Below, piece by piece: positions 11,054 to 19,990 of a DNA stretch of 48,818 bases. Position 1 is the stretch's first letter. Each line of letters opens with the position of its first letter. The notes below the pieces were generated by a model. The model made no database searches and had not been told where the DNA came from. It saw only the letters and a program-made list of their open reading frames with translations. Source of the stretch: Candidatus Bipolaricaulota bacterium (lineage in GTDB: Bacteria; Bipolaricaulota; Bipolaricaulia; UBA7950; UBA9294); contig JBFMGK010000038.1 of the NCBI GenBank assembly GCA_040752575.1, positions 1 to 48,818 of the forward strand, given 5' to 3'. Position numbers and translations under genes: made by a program.

Positions 11054-11860
11054 ATGGGCTCCGGAGTTCTGGGAAGATGGCGCCGTAGGAGGATCGTCGG
11101 GAGGCCGTTTCCCGCGATGTGGGGGCAAATCCTCTCGCGGACGTTCCCGCGGTACGTGCGGTTCTCGGACGAGGATCGTGAACGGATCGAGAAGCTTCTC
11201 CAGATCTTCCTCGCGGAGAAGCGGTTCGAGGGCGCCGGCGGACTCGCGGTCGACGACGTCGTGCGGCTGACGATCGCTGCGCAGGCTTGTTGGATGACTC
11301 TGCATCGCGACGGGGACATCTTCCCCGACCTATCCTCGGTGATCGTCTACCCTGGCGAGTACGTGACGCGGCAGCGAGTTCGAGACGAGATCGGGGTCGT
11401 CACCGAGGGCTTCCAGCCGCGACTCGGCGAGACGGCTGCTCGTGGCGCGGTCGTTCTGGCGTGGGACGCCGCCCTGCGAGGCGCCTCCGACGCTCATGGA
11501 GGTCGGAGCGTTGTACTGCACGAGTTCGCGCATCTGCTCGATGCCGAGGTCGGCGGCTTCGACGGCGCGCCGCGCCTGCCCGGACCCTCGGTCGCCGAGG
11601 AGTGGGCGAACCTCATGAGCGAGGAGTTCGCCCTTCTGCAGCGACAGGTCGAACGTGGAGAGCCCACGGTTCTGGATCCGTATGCGGCAACGCGGCCGGC
11701 CGAGTTTTTCGCCGTGGCGAGTGAAGCGCTCTTCTTGACGCCGAGCGGACTCGCCCGCGCACGGCCGCGTCTGGCGGCGGCCCTCGCTCGCTACTACGGC
11801 TGGGAGATCGACGCACTGCAGGCGAGCGCGTGGCCGGGCGACGAGGCGAGCGAGGGATAG
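11054..11860 (+). CDS. Zinc-dependent peptidase, M90 (MtfA-like)
   Basis: FLAEKRFEG, TIAAQAC, VIVYP, HEFAHLLD and PYAA...AEFFAVASE motifs. Confidence 0.9.
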   Translation: MGSGVLGRWRRRRIVGRPFPAMWGQILSRTFPRYVRFSDEDRERIEKLLQIFLAEKRFEGAGGLAVDDVVRLTIAAQACWMTLHRDGDIFPDLSSVIVYPGEYVTRQRVRDEIGVVTEGFQPRLGETAARGAVVLAWDAALRGASDAHGGRSVVLHEFAHLLDAEVGGFDGAPRLPGPSVAEEWANLMSEEFALLQRQVERGEPTVLDPYAATRPAEFFAVASEALFLTPSGLARARPRLAAALARYYGWEIDALQASAWPGDEASEG

Positions 11861-11870
11861 GGTCTGCGGC

Positions 11871-12122
11871 CTAGATGCCGCTCGGTTCGAACACGAGGTC
11901 GGCCAACGGCTGTCGCGCCAGGCCGTCGTGCCACAGCGGCCCCAGGTCGAGGCAGGCCCGGTTCGCGAAGTCGCCGTTCAGGTAGATGTCGGCGCGTCCA
12001 CCCACCAGATCGCAGGCGACGGCACAGCGAGGCCCGCCGTCCTCACCGGGCTCCGGGATACAGCGGGCGATGCAAAGGGCCTCGCCGAGGTTGACGAACG
12101 TCGCTGTCGACGCCGTGCGCAC
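11871..12122 (-). CDS. Small hypothetical protein
   Basis: 83-aa ORF filling a gap downstream of the 12164 gene; plausible composition but no clear RBS. Confidence 0.3.
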   Translation of the reverse strand: MRTASTATFVNLGEALCIARCIPEPGEDGGPRCAVACDLVGGRADIYLNGDFANRACLDLGPLWHDGLARQPLADLVFEPSGI

Positions 12123-12163
12123 CCCGACGGGCGGCGTGGTGCCGTGCGGACGCGAGGTAGAGG

Positions 12164-12976
12164 CTACTTGCTCTGTCCTTGGCCTTTGCCGCCTCCGTGT
12201 TCGTTCTTCTCTGCTTCTTGCTCACTCTCCTGTTGCTCGTTCTTCTGTTGGCTGTCTTCCTCGTCCTTTGCTGCCCCGTTCTCGTTCGCGTTGGCGTTCT
12301 TCTCTTGGTCGCGTTGGCGTTCGTTCCCTTGGTCAAGAAGATCGTTTGCGATTTGGCCCCATGCGGTCGCGTCGACGACTCCGGAGAGATCGCTGAACAG
12401 CGCGACGACATCACTCTCCTCGAGGCCATCGTGGAAGGTCTGCTGGGTCAGGCGGACAAGAACGCCGGGCGGGAGACCCGCGGCAACGAGCGTGTCCACC
12501 TGGGCGAGGAGCGTCTCCGATCCTCCGGCCCTCTCGATGGCATTCCGGACGCCATCCGGCGTCACGACCGCTGCGAGGAGGTCGGCGAGGGCGAGGAGTG
12601 GATCAAGTACGGTTCCATCGATCCGCCCCGACAGGATGGAGACCATCGCGTCCGTCGCCGTGGAAACGGAGAGGGCGTCGAGGAGCGTGGACCACGATGC
12701 CAGGTCGAGCATCGCAAGGCCCTGATCGACGGTGACCCAACCTCCATCGATCGCCGAAGCGAAGGCGTCAAGAAGAGATTGGAGTTGAGCGTCGGTTGCG
12801 ACGGGGTTCTCTCCCAGTGCGTCGATCAGGGGCTGGAGCGCGACCGATGACGTCTGCTCCTCGACCTCGGGCAACGGAAGCCACGGGTCGAGGGTCTGAG
12901 CAAACGTCGACAAGGAGACCACGCAGAGGACGACGGCAGCGCACCATCGCCCCGACTTCGGTAGTCCGGCCATCAT
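12164..12976 (-). CDS. Secreted helical hypothetical protein with charged low-complexity C-terminal tail
   Basis: GGGAGG-N5-ATG; signal peptide ending TFA-QT; tail rich in Q/E/N/K/G. Confidence 0.75.
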   Translation of the reverse strand: MMAGLPKSGRWCAAVVLCVVSLSTFAQTLDPWLPLPEVEEQTSSVALQPLIDALGENPVATDAQLQSLLDAFASAIDGGWVTVDQGLAMLDLASWSTLLDALSVSTATDAMVSILSGRIDGTVLDPLLALADLLAAVVTPDGVRNAIERAGGSETLLAQVDTLVAAGLPPGVLVRLTQQTFHDGLEESDVVALFSDLSGVVDATAWGQIANDLLDQGNERQRDQEKNANANENGAAKDEEDSQQKNEQQESEQEAEKNEHGGGKGQGQSK

Positions 12977-13049
12977 GGGAACCTCCCGTAGATCCGTGAC
13001 TTTGCGTCCCCGGCTTTCGCACGGGTTTGCCGTTTCGGCTCGTGAAGCC
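12954..13049 (-). ncRNA. c-di-GMP-I (GEMM-I) riboswitch aptamer
   Basis: Minus strand reads GGCAAACCCGUGC-GAAA-GCCGGGGACGCAAAGUCACGGAUCUACGGGAGGUUCCCAUGAUGGCCGGACUACCGAAG. This matches the GEMM consensus GGCAAAC..GAAA..GACGCAAAG..GG.CUA..GAU.GCCGG..ACCG. Confidence 0.85.
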
Positions 13050-13077
13050 ATGATAGGACCTTCGGCCCCGTCTGCAA
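13050..13077 (-). promoter_or_regulatory. Putative sigma70 promoter driving the riboswitch
   Basis: TTGCAG-N16-TATCAT immediately upstream of the aptamer. Confidence 0.45.
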
Positions 13078-13186
13078 GGGAGGGAACGGTGCCAATGGGT
13101 GGGACGCCGCCCCTTGCGGGTTGCGCGAGCGTCTGCGACGCTTCTCCCCGCCGGCGGGCCGCTCCCGAGGCAGAGGACGTGTCACC

Positions 13187-14365
13187 ATGGAGTGCGCTGT
13201 CATCGTCGCGTCGCTGTCGCTCTTCGCCTGGATTGTCCTTCTCTTGTTGCGCGGCCGCTTCTGGCTCGTGGCGCCGAAGCTCGCTCGCCCGGCGGCCCCC
13301 GGCGCGTCCAACTTCGGTCTCCCGGGCGTGGTCGCGGTCATTCCGGCGCGCAACGAGGCCGACATCCTGCCGACGACGCTGCCGACGGTCGTCGCGCAGG
13401 ACTACTCCGGGCCGTTTCGGGTGATCGTCGTCGACGACCGCAGCGAAGACGCCACCGGCGAGGCGGCGCGAGCCGCGGTGTCGCCCCACGCCGAGCGCCT
13501 GTCGGTGCTGAGTGGCGAAGTGTTGCCGGACGGCTGGTCGGGCAAGGTCTGGGCGCTCGCCCAGGGAGTGGCCGCCGCGTGCGCCGGGGACGCGCCTCCC
13601 CGCTATCTCTGGTTCACCGACGCCGACATCGAGCACGACGCGTGGGTCCTCGCCGGGCTCGTGGCGCGCGCCGAGGACGAGACGCTCGACTTGGTGTCCG
13701 TGATGGCGACGCTGCAGGTCGACACGCGGTGGGATCGACTCCTCGTGCCGGCGTTCGTGTACTTCTTCGCCAAACTCTACCCGTTTCGACTCGTTGCCGA
13801 TGCGCGGCGGCGCACGGCGGGAGCGGCCGGTGGGTGTGTCCTCGTGCGGAGCGACGTCCTCGCGCGGGCCGGCGGACTTGCGTCGATGCGTGGTGCGATC
13901 ATCGATGACTGCACGTTGGCGCGGCGCGTGAAGGACGCTGAGGGCCGTCTGTGGCTGGGCTACTCCCGCGGCGTGCGCAGCGTGCGCGGCTACGGCAGCC
14001 TTGCGAGCGTGTGGAATATGGTGGCCCGCTCGGCGTACACGCAGTTGGGCCACTCGCCGTGGCTCCTCGCGGGGACGATCCTCGGAATGCTTTTCCTGTA
14101 CGCGGTGGGCCCCGCCGCGCTAGCCGGCGGCGCGGTCGCCGCAGCGCTCGGCGTGCCTGGGGCGTGTTCCCTAGCCGCCCTCGGAGGGACGACGTGGGCA
14201 GCTATGGCGCTGAGCTTCGTCCCGCTCCTGCGCCACCACGGCGTCACGCCCTTCGTCGCGCCGCTTCTTCCCGTTGCGGGCGTGCTCTACACGGCGATGA
14301 CGGTCTCTTCGGCCTTGCGTCACGCTCGCGGGAGAGGCGGAGCGTGGAAGGGGCGCACGTACTGA
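13187..14365 (+). CDS. Family 2 glycosyltransferase (HpnB-like)
   Basis: VIPARNEA, VVDDRSED, LPDGWSGKVWAL, FTDADI, AAGGC.L, IIDDC.LA and WNMVARSAYTQL motifs. Confidence 0.85.
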   Translation: MECAVIVASLSLFAWIVLLLLRGRFWLVAPKLARPAAPGASNFGLPGVVAVIPARNEADILPTTLPTVVAQDYSGPFRVIVVDDRSEDATGEAARAAVSPHAERLSVLSGEVLPDGWSGKVWALAQGVAAACAGDAPPRYLWFTDADIEHDAWVLAGLVARAEDETLDLVSVMATLQVDTRWDRLLVPAFVYFFAKLYPFRLVADARRRTAGAAGGCVLVRSDVLARAGGLASMRGAIIDDCTLARRVKDAEGRLWLGYSRGVRSVRGYGSLASVWNMVARSAYTQLGHSPWLLAGTILGMLFLYAVGPAALAGGAVAAALGVPGACSLAALGGTTWAAMALSFVPLLRHHGVTPFVAPLLPVAGVLYTAMTVSSALRHARGRGGAWKGRTY

Positions 14366-14373
14366 CGTCGACC

Positions 14374-15210
14374 TTACGGACGGAGCTGCGCGGCACGGCG
14401 CAACGCAAGGTAGTTGTAGAACGGCCACGCCGCGACGACGGCCGGGTCCTTGCCCAGTTCGTCCACCGTTGCGAGGAGCTGGCTGAACAGCTCGTCTCGC
14501 CCGGTGGCCTTCGCGTAGTGTTCGGCGTAGTTCACGTAGGTTTCAAGGTAGCTGGAATCGATTTCCATCGCGCGCTCGTAATGCTCGACGCACTCGTCGC
14601 GAGTCTTGCCGAGCACGAAGTAGGCCTGCGCGATGAACGCGGCGAGAGAACGGTGCGGGCCGCCTCCGAGATACGTCTCGTCGAGTTCGACGGCGCGCTC
14701 GTACGATGCGAGGATGTCCTTGATGCCGCTGAAGATAGCCTGGATCTGATGGTAGTTGTACCACTGTCCGATCGTGTTGCCGTACCAGAAGATCGCCCCG
14801 ACGTCGCTTGCGCTGTAGAGCGCGGCGCGGAACCCGTCGGCGGCTTCCGTGGCGACAAAGGTCGGATCCAGGCGCAGGCTGGCAAGCGCGTAGTCGCTCC
14901 CGGTCTTGTAGTCGGCCTCTCGCTCGGCTGGAGCCTCCAAGTAGGCCTCGGCGAGTTCGAAGTATGCGCGCGCTAGGCCGTTCAGCGCGTGGGCGCGGCG
15001 CTCGCGATCATCGGCGGCCAGAAGCGGCAGAGCCTCTTCCCAGAGGGAGATCGCCGTCTCGAGCTGGCCGCGGTAGGCATCGAAGTCAAACGAGACTTGC
15101 GCTTCGGCGAGGGCCGCGTCCGCGGCGGCGAGAAGGTCGGCCGCGGGATCGGCCGCGCCCGCGAACGCCGAGAGTGCGACGAGCAAGAAGACCAGAACGA
15201 CGTGCTTCAT
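14374..15210 (-). CDS. Secreted TPR protein, TRAP TatT-component-like
   Basis: Signal peptide; FWYG..GQ, ERAVELDETYLGGGPHR.L and ERAMEID..YLE..V.YAE.YA helical repeats. Confidence 0.7.
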   Translation of the reverse strand: MKHVVLVFLLVALSAFAGAADPAADLLAAADAALAEAQVSFDFDAYRGQLETAISLWEEALPLLAADDRERRAHALNGLARAYFELAEAYLEAPAEREADYKTGSDYALASLRLDPTFVATEAADGFRAALYSASDVGAIFWYGNTIGQWYNYHQIQAIFSGIKDILASYERAVELDETYLGGGPHRSLAAFIAQAYFVLGKTRDECVEHYERAMEIDSSYLETYVNYAEHYAKATGRDELFSQLLATVDELGKDPAVVAAWPFYNYLALRRAAQLRP

Positions 15211-15342
15211 AGACAGAACCTCCCTCCAGGAGTTGGCCGATGATACCCGAAGGGCTGTCGGGCGCCCCAGGTTGGCCTGGCCACGGGCCCCGGGCTACGA
15301 TGGGCCGCGCCGCGACGCGGCGCGCTGTGGGAGGCAGGCATC

Positions 15343-16743
15343 ATGAACAGGTCGAGGTTGTGCCTTGTGTTGGGGATTCTGTTGGCGATCGGCTTAGGGA
15401 GTGCCGCGTTCGCCCAGATGGGCACGGACGACGGCGTTCTAGCGTTCGGATTCGGGGGTGGCGGCGTCGCCGCCTTCTTCCCCGATCTCGAGGGGATCAA
15501 CGCCTTCCTCTCGGAGAACGGGCTCTCGCCGCTTGACGCCGTCATGATCGGCGGCGGGGGCGGCGGACGCGGCGGCGTCGTGGGCGGACCCTCGATCGGC
15601 GGCATGGGGTTTGGCGTCGTGGCGTCGTCGAGCACGCCGACGCGGGCGGCCGAGTTCGCGATCGGCGCCGGGGGACTCGATCTCGGCTTGGCCCTTGGCG
15701 GCGACAAGAACTCGGTCCTTACCGTAGGGACCGTCCTCGGCGGCGGTGCGTCCGTCCTTACGCTGTCGTTTGACGAGGTCCTTCCCGCCGGCGTCAGGCC
15801 GACGGGGATCATCCCGGTTCCCACCGGGGAAGAGCGCGTGCTGGGGCGGGCCTTCGCCTTCGCGATGCCCTACGTGAGCATGGAAGCTCAGATCTTGCCG
15901 TTTCTCGGCGTCGAGCTGCGGATCGGGTACCTCCTGCCGGTCTTCGGCGCCGACTTCGGCGAAGACGTCGGGGTTCCCGCGCCTTCGCTCGATCTCTCGG
16001 GGGTCGTTGTAGGACTCTCCGTTGTCTTCGGCGGCATCGGGGGCGGCCACGAGGAGTACACCGAGGCGAGCGAAGGGAGATTCGGGCTGGATCTGGGACG
16101 CCGACTGGCGATCGAGATCGGAGCCGGCGAGATCGTCGTCTCGTCCTACGTAGCCGACATCGCGCAGACGCCCTCGGGCCGTATCGTGGAGTGGGCGGCG
16201 GTGGAACGCGCAGGCTCAGCGTCCGAGCTCCAGGAGCTGTCGCTGGACGTGGTTGAAGAGCCTGACGGCGTCTCTCTGCGCTCCGCGGGGATCGGCACGA
16301 TCGATCTCGTGGTGCGGCTCCCGGCGGGGACGGACCTTGACGTCGATCTGGGGGCGGGCACGGTTCGCGTGGTCGGGCACTCGGCCCAGCGCGTCGCGCT
16401 GGCCGTCGGCGCGGGCGACATCGCGGCGATCGATCTCGACGCCGAAGACCTTGACGTTGCGCTGGGTGCCGGGACCTTCTCTCTCTCCGGCACCGTGCCA
16501 GAGAGACTCGAGGCGCGCGCCGGCGTTGGCGAGATTGCGCTCGCCCTGCCTCAGGATGCGTCGGCGACGATCTCCGCGTCGGCCGGGATCGGAGAGGTCG
16601 AGGTCTCGGGGTTCACGGCGTCCGCATCGCGGGCCCGGCGATTCTTCCTCTCGGCGTCGAGCGACGTGGTCCTCGGCGGCGGAGAGGCCGACCTGCGTCT
16701 GTCCGTCGGAGTGGGGGAGATTCGCGTCAGCCCGGAGCCCTAG
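15343..16743 (+). CDS. Secreted protein: Gly-rich beta-barrel-like N-domain plus DUF4097-like beta-solenoid
   Basis: Signal peptide; amphipathic Gly-rich strands; C-terminal repeats of (L/V)GAG.(I/V) and GVGEI. Confidence 0.65.
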   Translation: MNRSRLCLVLGILLAIGLGSAAFAQMGTDDGVLAFGFGGGGVAAFFPDLEGINAFLSENGLSPLDAVMIGGGGGGRGGVVGGPSIGGMGFGVVASSSTPTRAAEFAIGAGGLDLGLALGGDKNSVLTVGTVLGGGASVLTLSFDEVLPAGVRPTGIIPVPTGEERVLGRAFAFAMPYVSMEAQILPFLGVELRIGYLLPVFGADFGEDVGVPAPSLDLSGVVVGLSVVFGGIGGGHEEYTEASEGRFGLDLGRRLAIEIGAGEIVVSSYVADIAQTPSGRIVEWAAVERAGSASELQELSLDVVEEPDGVSLRSAGIGTIDLVVRLPAGTDLDVDLGAGTVRVVGHSAQRVALAVGAGDIAAIDLDAEDLDVALGAGTFSLSGTVPERLEARAGVGEIALALPQDASATISASAGIGEVEVSGFTASASRARRFFLSASSDVVLGGGEADLRLSVGVGEIRVSPEP

Positions 16744-16752
16744 GGGGTGCAG

Positions 16753-18069
16753 ATGACCCGATGGACGGGCGGAAGGGCGCTCCTGGCGCTGGCCTTCCTG
16801 ACGCTGATGGCGTGTGTCTTCGAGGCGGCGGCACGCGAGGCCGCGTTTCGCGAGGTGTTCACGTCGATCCTCTGCCCGGAGACCGGCGAGGTCGCGGTGC
16901 GGGTCACCGTTCCCGAGAGGCCGCGCTATGCGAGCGGTGCGCCGGTCCTGGTGGAGGTTCCCCCGTTTGCGACCCCGGTCGTCGGGTTCTCCGAGCCGCT
17001 GCCCGTCTTCCTCCACGGCGCGGTGCACGTGACCTTGCTTTGGCCCGGACGGCACGACCCCGCAAGCGGCGTCGAGAGCGAAGGGATCGATGACTACGGC
17101 GGTCCGAACGCGCTTGCGGCTCTGCGCCAGGTGATTCGGTTCGCGGCCGGCGAGGTGGCTGATGTTTGCGGGAGCAAGGTCGACGAAGTGACCGGGCTGC
17201 CCATCGCGACGTCCAACGTGGGTCTTTACGCGTTCTCGCACCCAGGGATCCCCATGACGCGCGTCATGGTTTCCCACGGACAGAGCCTGGGCGCCGTGTC
17301 CTATCTCGTGGGGGGAGAGAATCCGACAGACGATGTCCTCTTCTCTGTCGAGGTTGGACACTGGGGGTCGGATGGACGGCCCGTCTACAGTCCGTTCTAC
17401 GATTTCCCCGAGGACTACACGGGGGGTGGCCTGGTTCTCGACGCCGAGTCGGCGGCGTGGGAGATCTCGCCCGATGCACCGGCCGGTCGGCCGGTCCTCG
17501 TCGGCTCCGGCGGCGCTCGGCACGCCCTGGGGAATCAAGTCCCGCGCTTCTTCGGCAAGCGGATCTACTCGGTCGCCCTCCTCGAGAAGCTCGTCGCGGG
17601 AGAGACGCTCTCGGATGCGGCGTGGCCGGAGGATCTCGCAACCCTCTCCGAGGCAAGGGCGTGGTGGCCGGACCGCACGGCGGTGGGCCACTACGCGAGT
17701 CTCTCCAGCGCGGCACCGCAACTGCACGTGATGCTCGTCTTCGGACTTCGCGATCACGTCCAGCCGGCGGCCGACAAGCCCCACATCCATCAAGCGTATG
17801 AAGGATTTCGTGCTGCGGGGCTCTGGGTGAGGCTCAATCCCGACCGGGCCTACCTCGCGTCGCTCTCCTCGTTGCTTGCCGTCTCCGACCATCCGGCGGG
17901 GAGGGAACCCGAGGACTGGCGCGAGATCGAAAGCTGGGCGGTGGGAGGTGGAGCGCAGGGTAGAGCGATTGCGCTGCTTGCCGGGACGCTGGAGATGATG
18001 GATCGCGCCGAGGCGAACGCGTGGGAAGACGACCTAGATCGGACCCTCTACCCCACGCGGCTCCCGTAG
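16753..18069 (+). CDS. Secreted hypothetical protein, possible divergent alpha/beta-hydrolase
   Basis: Signal-like N-terminus; NVGLYAFSHPG resembles a nucleophile elbow; late DHVQ...KPH. Confidence 0.55.
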   Translation: MTRWTGGRALLALAFLTLMACVFEAAAREAAFREVFTSILCPETGEVAVRVTVPERPRYASGAPVLVEVPPFATPVVGFSEPLPVFLHGAVHVTLLWPGRHDPASGVESEGIDDYGGPNALAALRQVIRFAAGEVADVCGSKVDEVTGLPIATSNVGLYAFSHPGIPMTRVMVSHGQSLGAVSYLVGGENPTDDVLFSVEVGHWGSDGRPVYSPFYDFPEDYTGGGLVLDAESAAWEISPDAPAGRPVLVGSGGARHALGNQVPRFFGKRIYSVALLEKLVAGETLSDAAWPEDLATLSEARAWWPDRTAVGHYASLSSAAPQLHVMLVFGLRDHVQPAADKPHIHQAYEGFRAAGLWVRLNPDRAYLASLSSLLAVSDHPAGREPEDWREIESWAVGGGAQGRAIALLAGTLEMMDRAEANAWEDDLDRTLYPTRLP

Positions 18070-18117
18070 TGGGGCGTCGCGCGTCCATCCGAGATCGCGA
18101 GACGACGGCGCAAAGCA

Positions 18118-18146
18118 AACCGGGGACGCCATCGGCGTCCCCGGTT
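18118..18146. terminator. Hairpin between convergent genes (likely bidirectional terminator)
   Basis: AACCGGGGACGCC-ATC-GGCGTCCCCGGTT, a perfect 13-bp stem. Confidence 0.75.
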
Positions 18147-18187
18147 CTGTTCACCTTTCTTGCTGACGACCGCAGGAGCGGTCGCTC

Positions 18188-18802
18188 CTACTGCTCGGCC
18201 TCCTCTTCCTCGGCCGGAGGAGCAACCACGACGAGGTTGGTCGTCGCTTTGGTCGTCTTGTCATCGGCCATGGCGAGGACTTCGATGCCATAAGCGCCGG
18301 GGGCAACCGTCTTCGCGACGCGGAACGACCAGGAGACCTCGCCGTTGCGGTCGGCCTTCTTCTCGCCGAGTCCGCGCGGGAGTTCCTGATCCGCCGGGTA
18401 GTTGAGGGTGATGGAGCAGACGGCGCCGGGCCAGGTCTTCATGACAAGCTTGGCCGTCTTGCCGGGCTCAATCGGGGTCGTCAGGCTCACGAGTTCAAGC
18501 GTCAGAGGCGGGTTGATGTAGTTCTCAAGCCGCGTCTCGACGGTTGCCACCTTGCCCTGGACCTGCTTCACCGCGTTGTTTGCGTTCGTCGCTTCGGTTT
18601 TCGCCGCCGCGGCATCGGTCTTTGCCGTGTTCGCGGTCTGCGAAGCCGTGTCAACCTTCGTTTGGAGAGAGGAGACGGTCGCCTCGAGCTCGTTCACCTT
18701 CGTCTGGAGGGACGAAAAGTCGTCCGTCGAGGGGCCCGAGCACGCGACAACCATCGCCAGGACGCCAAGGACACACGCCACAATCCCAACACGCCGCACC
18801 AT
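18188..18802 (-). CDS. Lipoprotein with Lpp/OprI-like coiled coil and C-terminal Ig-like domain
   Basis: Lipobox VVAC; heptad and Ala-zipper segment SSLQTKV..AKTDAAAAKTEA..RLENY; then a beta-rich domain and an acidic tail. Confidence 0.75.
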   Translation of the reverse strand: MVRRVGIVACVLGVLAMVVACSGPSTDDFSSLQTKVNELEATVSSLQTKVDTASQTANTAKTDAAAAKTEATNANNAVKQVQGKVATVETRLENYINPPLTLELVSLTTPIEPGKTAKLVMKTWPGAVCSITLNYPADQELPRGLGEKKADRNGEVSWSFRVAKTVAPGAYGIEVLAMADDKTTKATTNLVVVAPPAEEEEAEQ

Positions 18803-18979
18803 ACTGACTCCCTTTCTTCCTGGAGCTTTGCGCTCCCTACGTTCTTTGCCTCTCAGTTCGCACACCCGCGGGAGAGCAGGCTGCCCCTCCCGTCTTGTCG
18901 GCCGCCGGCTCAGAGATCCACCGACGGCGCGAAAGAGTGTATCGACGAGTGCGCGGACAGTCCACGGGGCGCAAGCGGC

Positions 18980-19891
18980 CTAGATACCGAACTCTCCGCT
19001 GTCCACCCACTTGGCCTGCAGGAGGGACCAGGTGTCGCGCGCGAGCCGCGCTTCGACGTATCGATACGGCAGCCATCCGTAGCCGGCGTCCCCCCACTCG
19101 CGTCCCCAGGAGTTCTGGATCAGCAGCGCGCCGGTTGTGCTCCGGCCGCAGGCCGTGTTCGTGATCCGCCGCGCGTCGTCGTAGCCGAAGGCGGCGACCG
19201 CGTGGCCCCAAGCGGCCTGCTCTCTTGGGCAAGGGAAGGGGATGTCTCCCCGGGCCTCGCTCGCCTCGAACGACGGGAAGCCCCAGAAGCCGAGGATCGC
19301 CGGAACGCCAGCCGCCAGGTGTCGACGGATCTGAGCGAGAACGGCGTCTCCTGACGTCTCGCTGCCGAGCGGGTCGTGACAGTAGTAGCGCACGGCCGCG
19401 TAGTCGTCGGCGACCGCGTAGACAAAACTCGGTGGCTCGACGTCGAAGTCGGGGTCGGCATCCGTATAGGGCCAGTACGACTCGGCCGGCACGCCGCAGA
19501 GGACGAGCGCAGCCATCGTCGTCCTCAGCCATGCGCCCGTGTCGCCCGAGACGCCCATCAGGTTGCGCGTCGCCTTGTAGATGAAGCGGCGGGACCCTTC
19601 GATGTGCCGGCCGAAAGCCCGTCGCTGGAAGTACTCGACGACGCTCGCTGCCGCGTGTGCGGTACAGGAGCCAAGAACTCCTTGATCTTCGACGGGCGAG
19701 CAACCGTCGCGTAGATCGACGTGGGAAGGGAGTTCAGGGTCGGGACGGCCGTCGGAGAGCCCGAGATTCGCAACCAGGGAGGCGAGTTCGGGGCGGCCCA
19801 GGGTGTAGTCGCGAAGGTCGGGGAACGGCGGCAGCCAACCGGTTCCGGCAAGGCTCCGGGCGAGCGGCGCGGGGCGAGAGATGTGCGTCAT
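18980..19891 (-). CDS. Papain-family (C1A) cysteine protease
   Basis: DQGVLGSCTAHA (Gln/Cys), GHAV (His), QNSWG..WG..GYGWLPY; RBS GGAGG. Confidence 0.93.
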   Translation of the reverse strand: MTHISRPAPLARSLAGTGWLPPFPDLRDYTLGRPELASLVANLGLSDGRPDPELPSHVDLRDGCSPVEDQGVLGSCTAHAAASVVEYFQRRAFGRHIEGSRRFIYKATRNLMGVSGDTGAWLRTTMAALVLCGVPAESYWPYTDADPDFDVEPPSFVYAVADDYAAVRYYCHDPLGSETSGDAVLAQIRRHLAAGVPAILGFWGFPSFEASEARGDIPFPCPREQAAWGHAVAAFGYDDARRITNTACGRSTTGALLIQNSWGREWGDAGYGWLPYRYVEARLARDTWSLLQAKWVDSGEFGI

Positions 19892-19990
19892 GATTCCTCC
19901 CACAGTAGATGATAAAGGGAGGATACAGCATCAAAAGACAGAAAAGCAAACCGTTGACGCGCCGACGGCGGACCTCGAGATGGAAAGCTG

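Noticed and set aside
15228..15285. AAG-GGCU-GUCGG-N5-CCAGGU-UGGCC segment vaguely recalling a cation-sensing riboswitch stem
   Set aside because: I cannot verify the consensus from memory, the 5' part does not fit well and the downstream gene is atypical; it needs an Rfam cmscan.
18815..18855. GGCAAAG...GGGAGCGCAAAGCUCC upstream of the Lpp-like gene, resembling GEMM fragments
   Set aside because: Lacks the GNRA-capped stem and the receptor hairpin; at most a simple hairpin or a decayed remnant.
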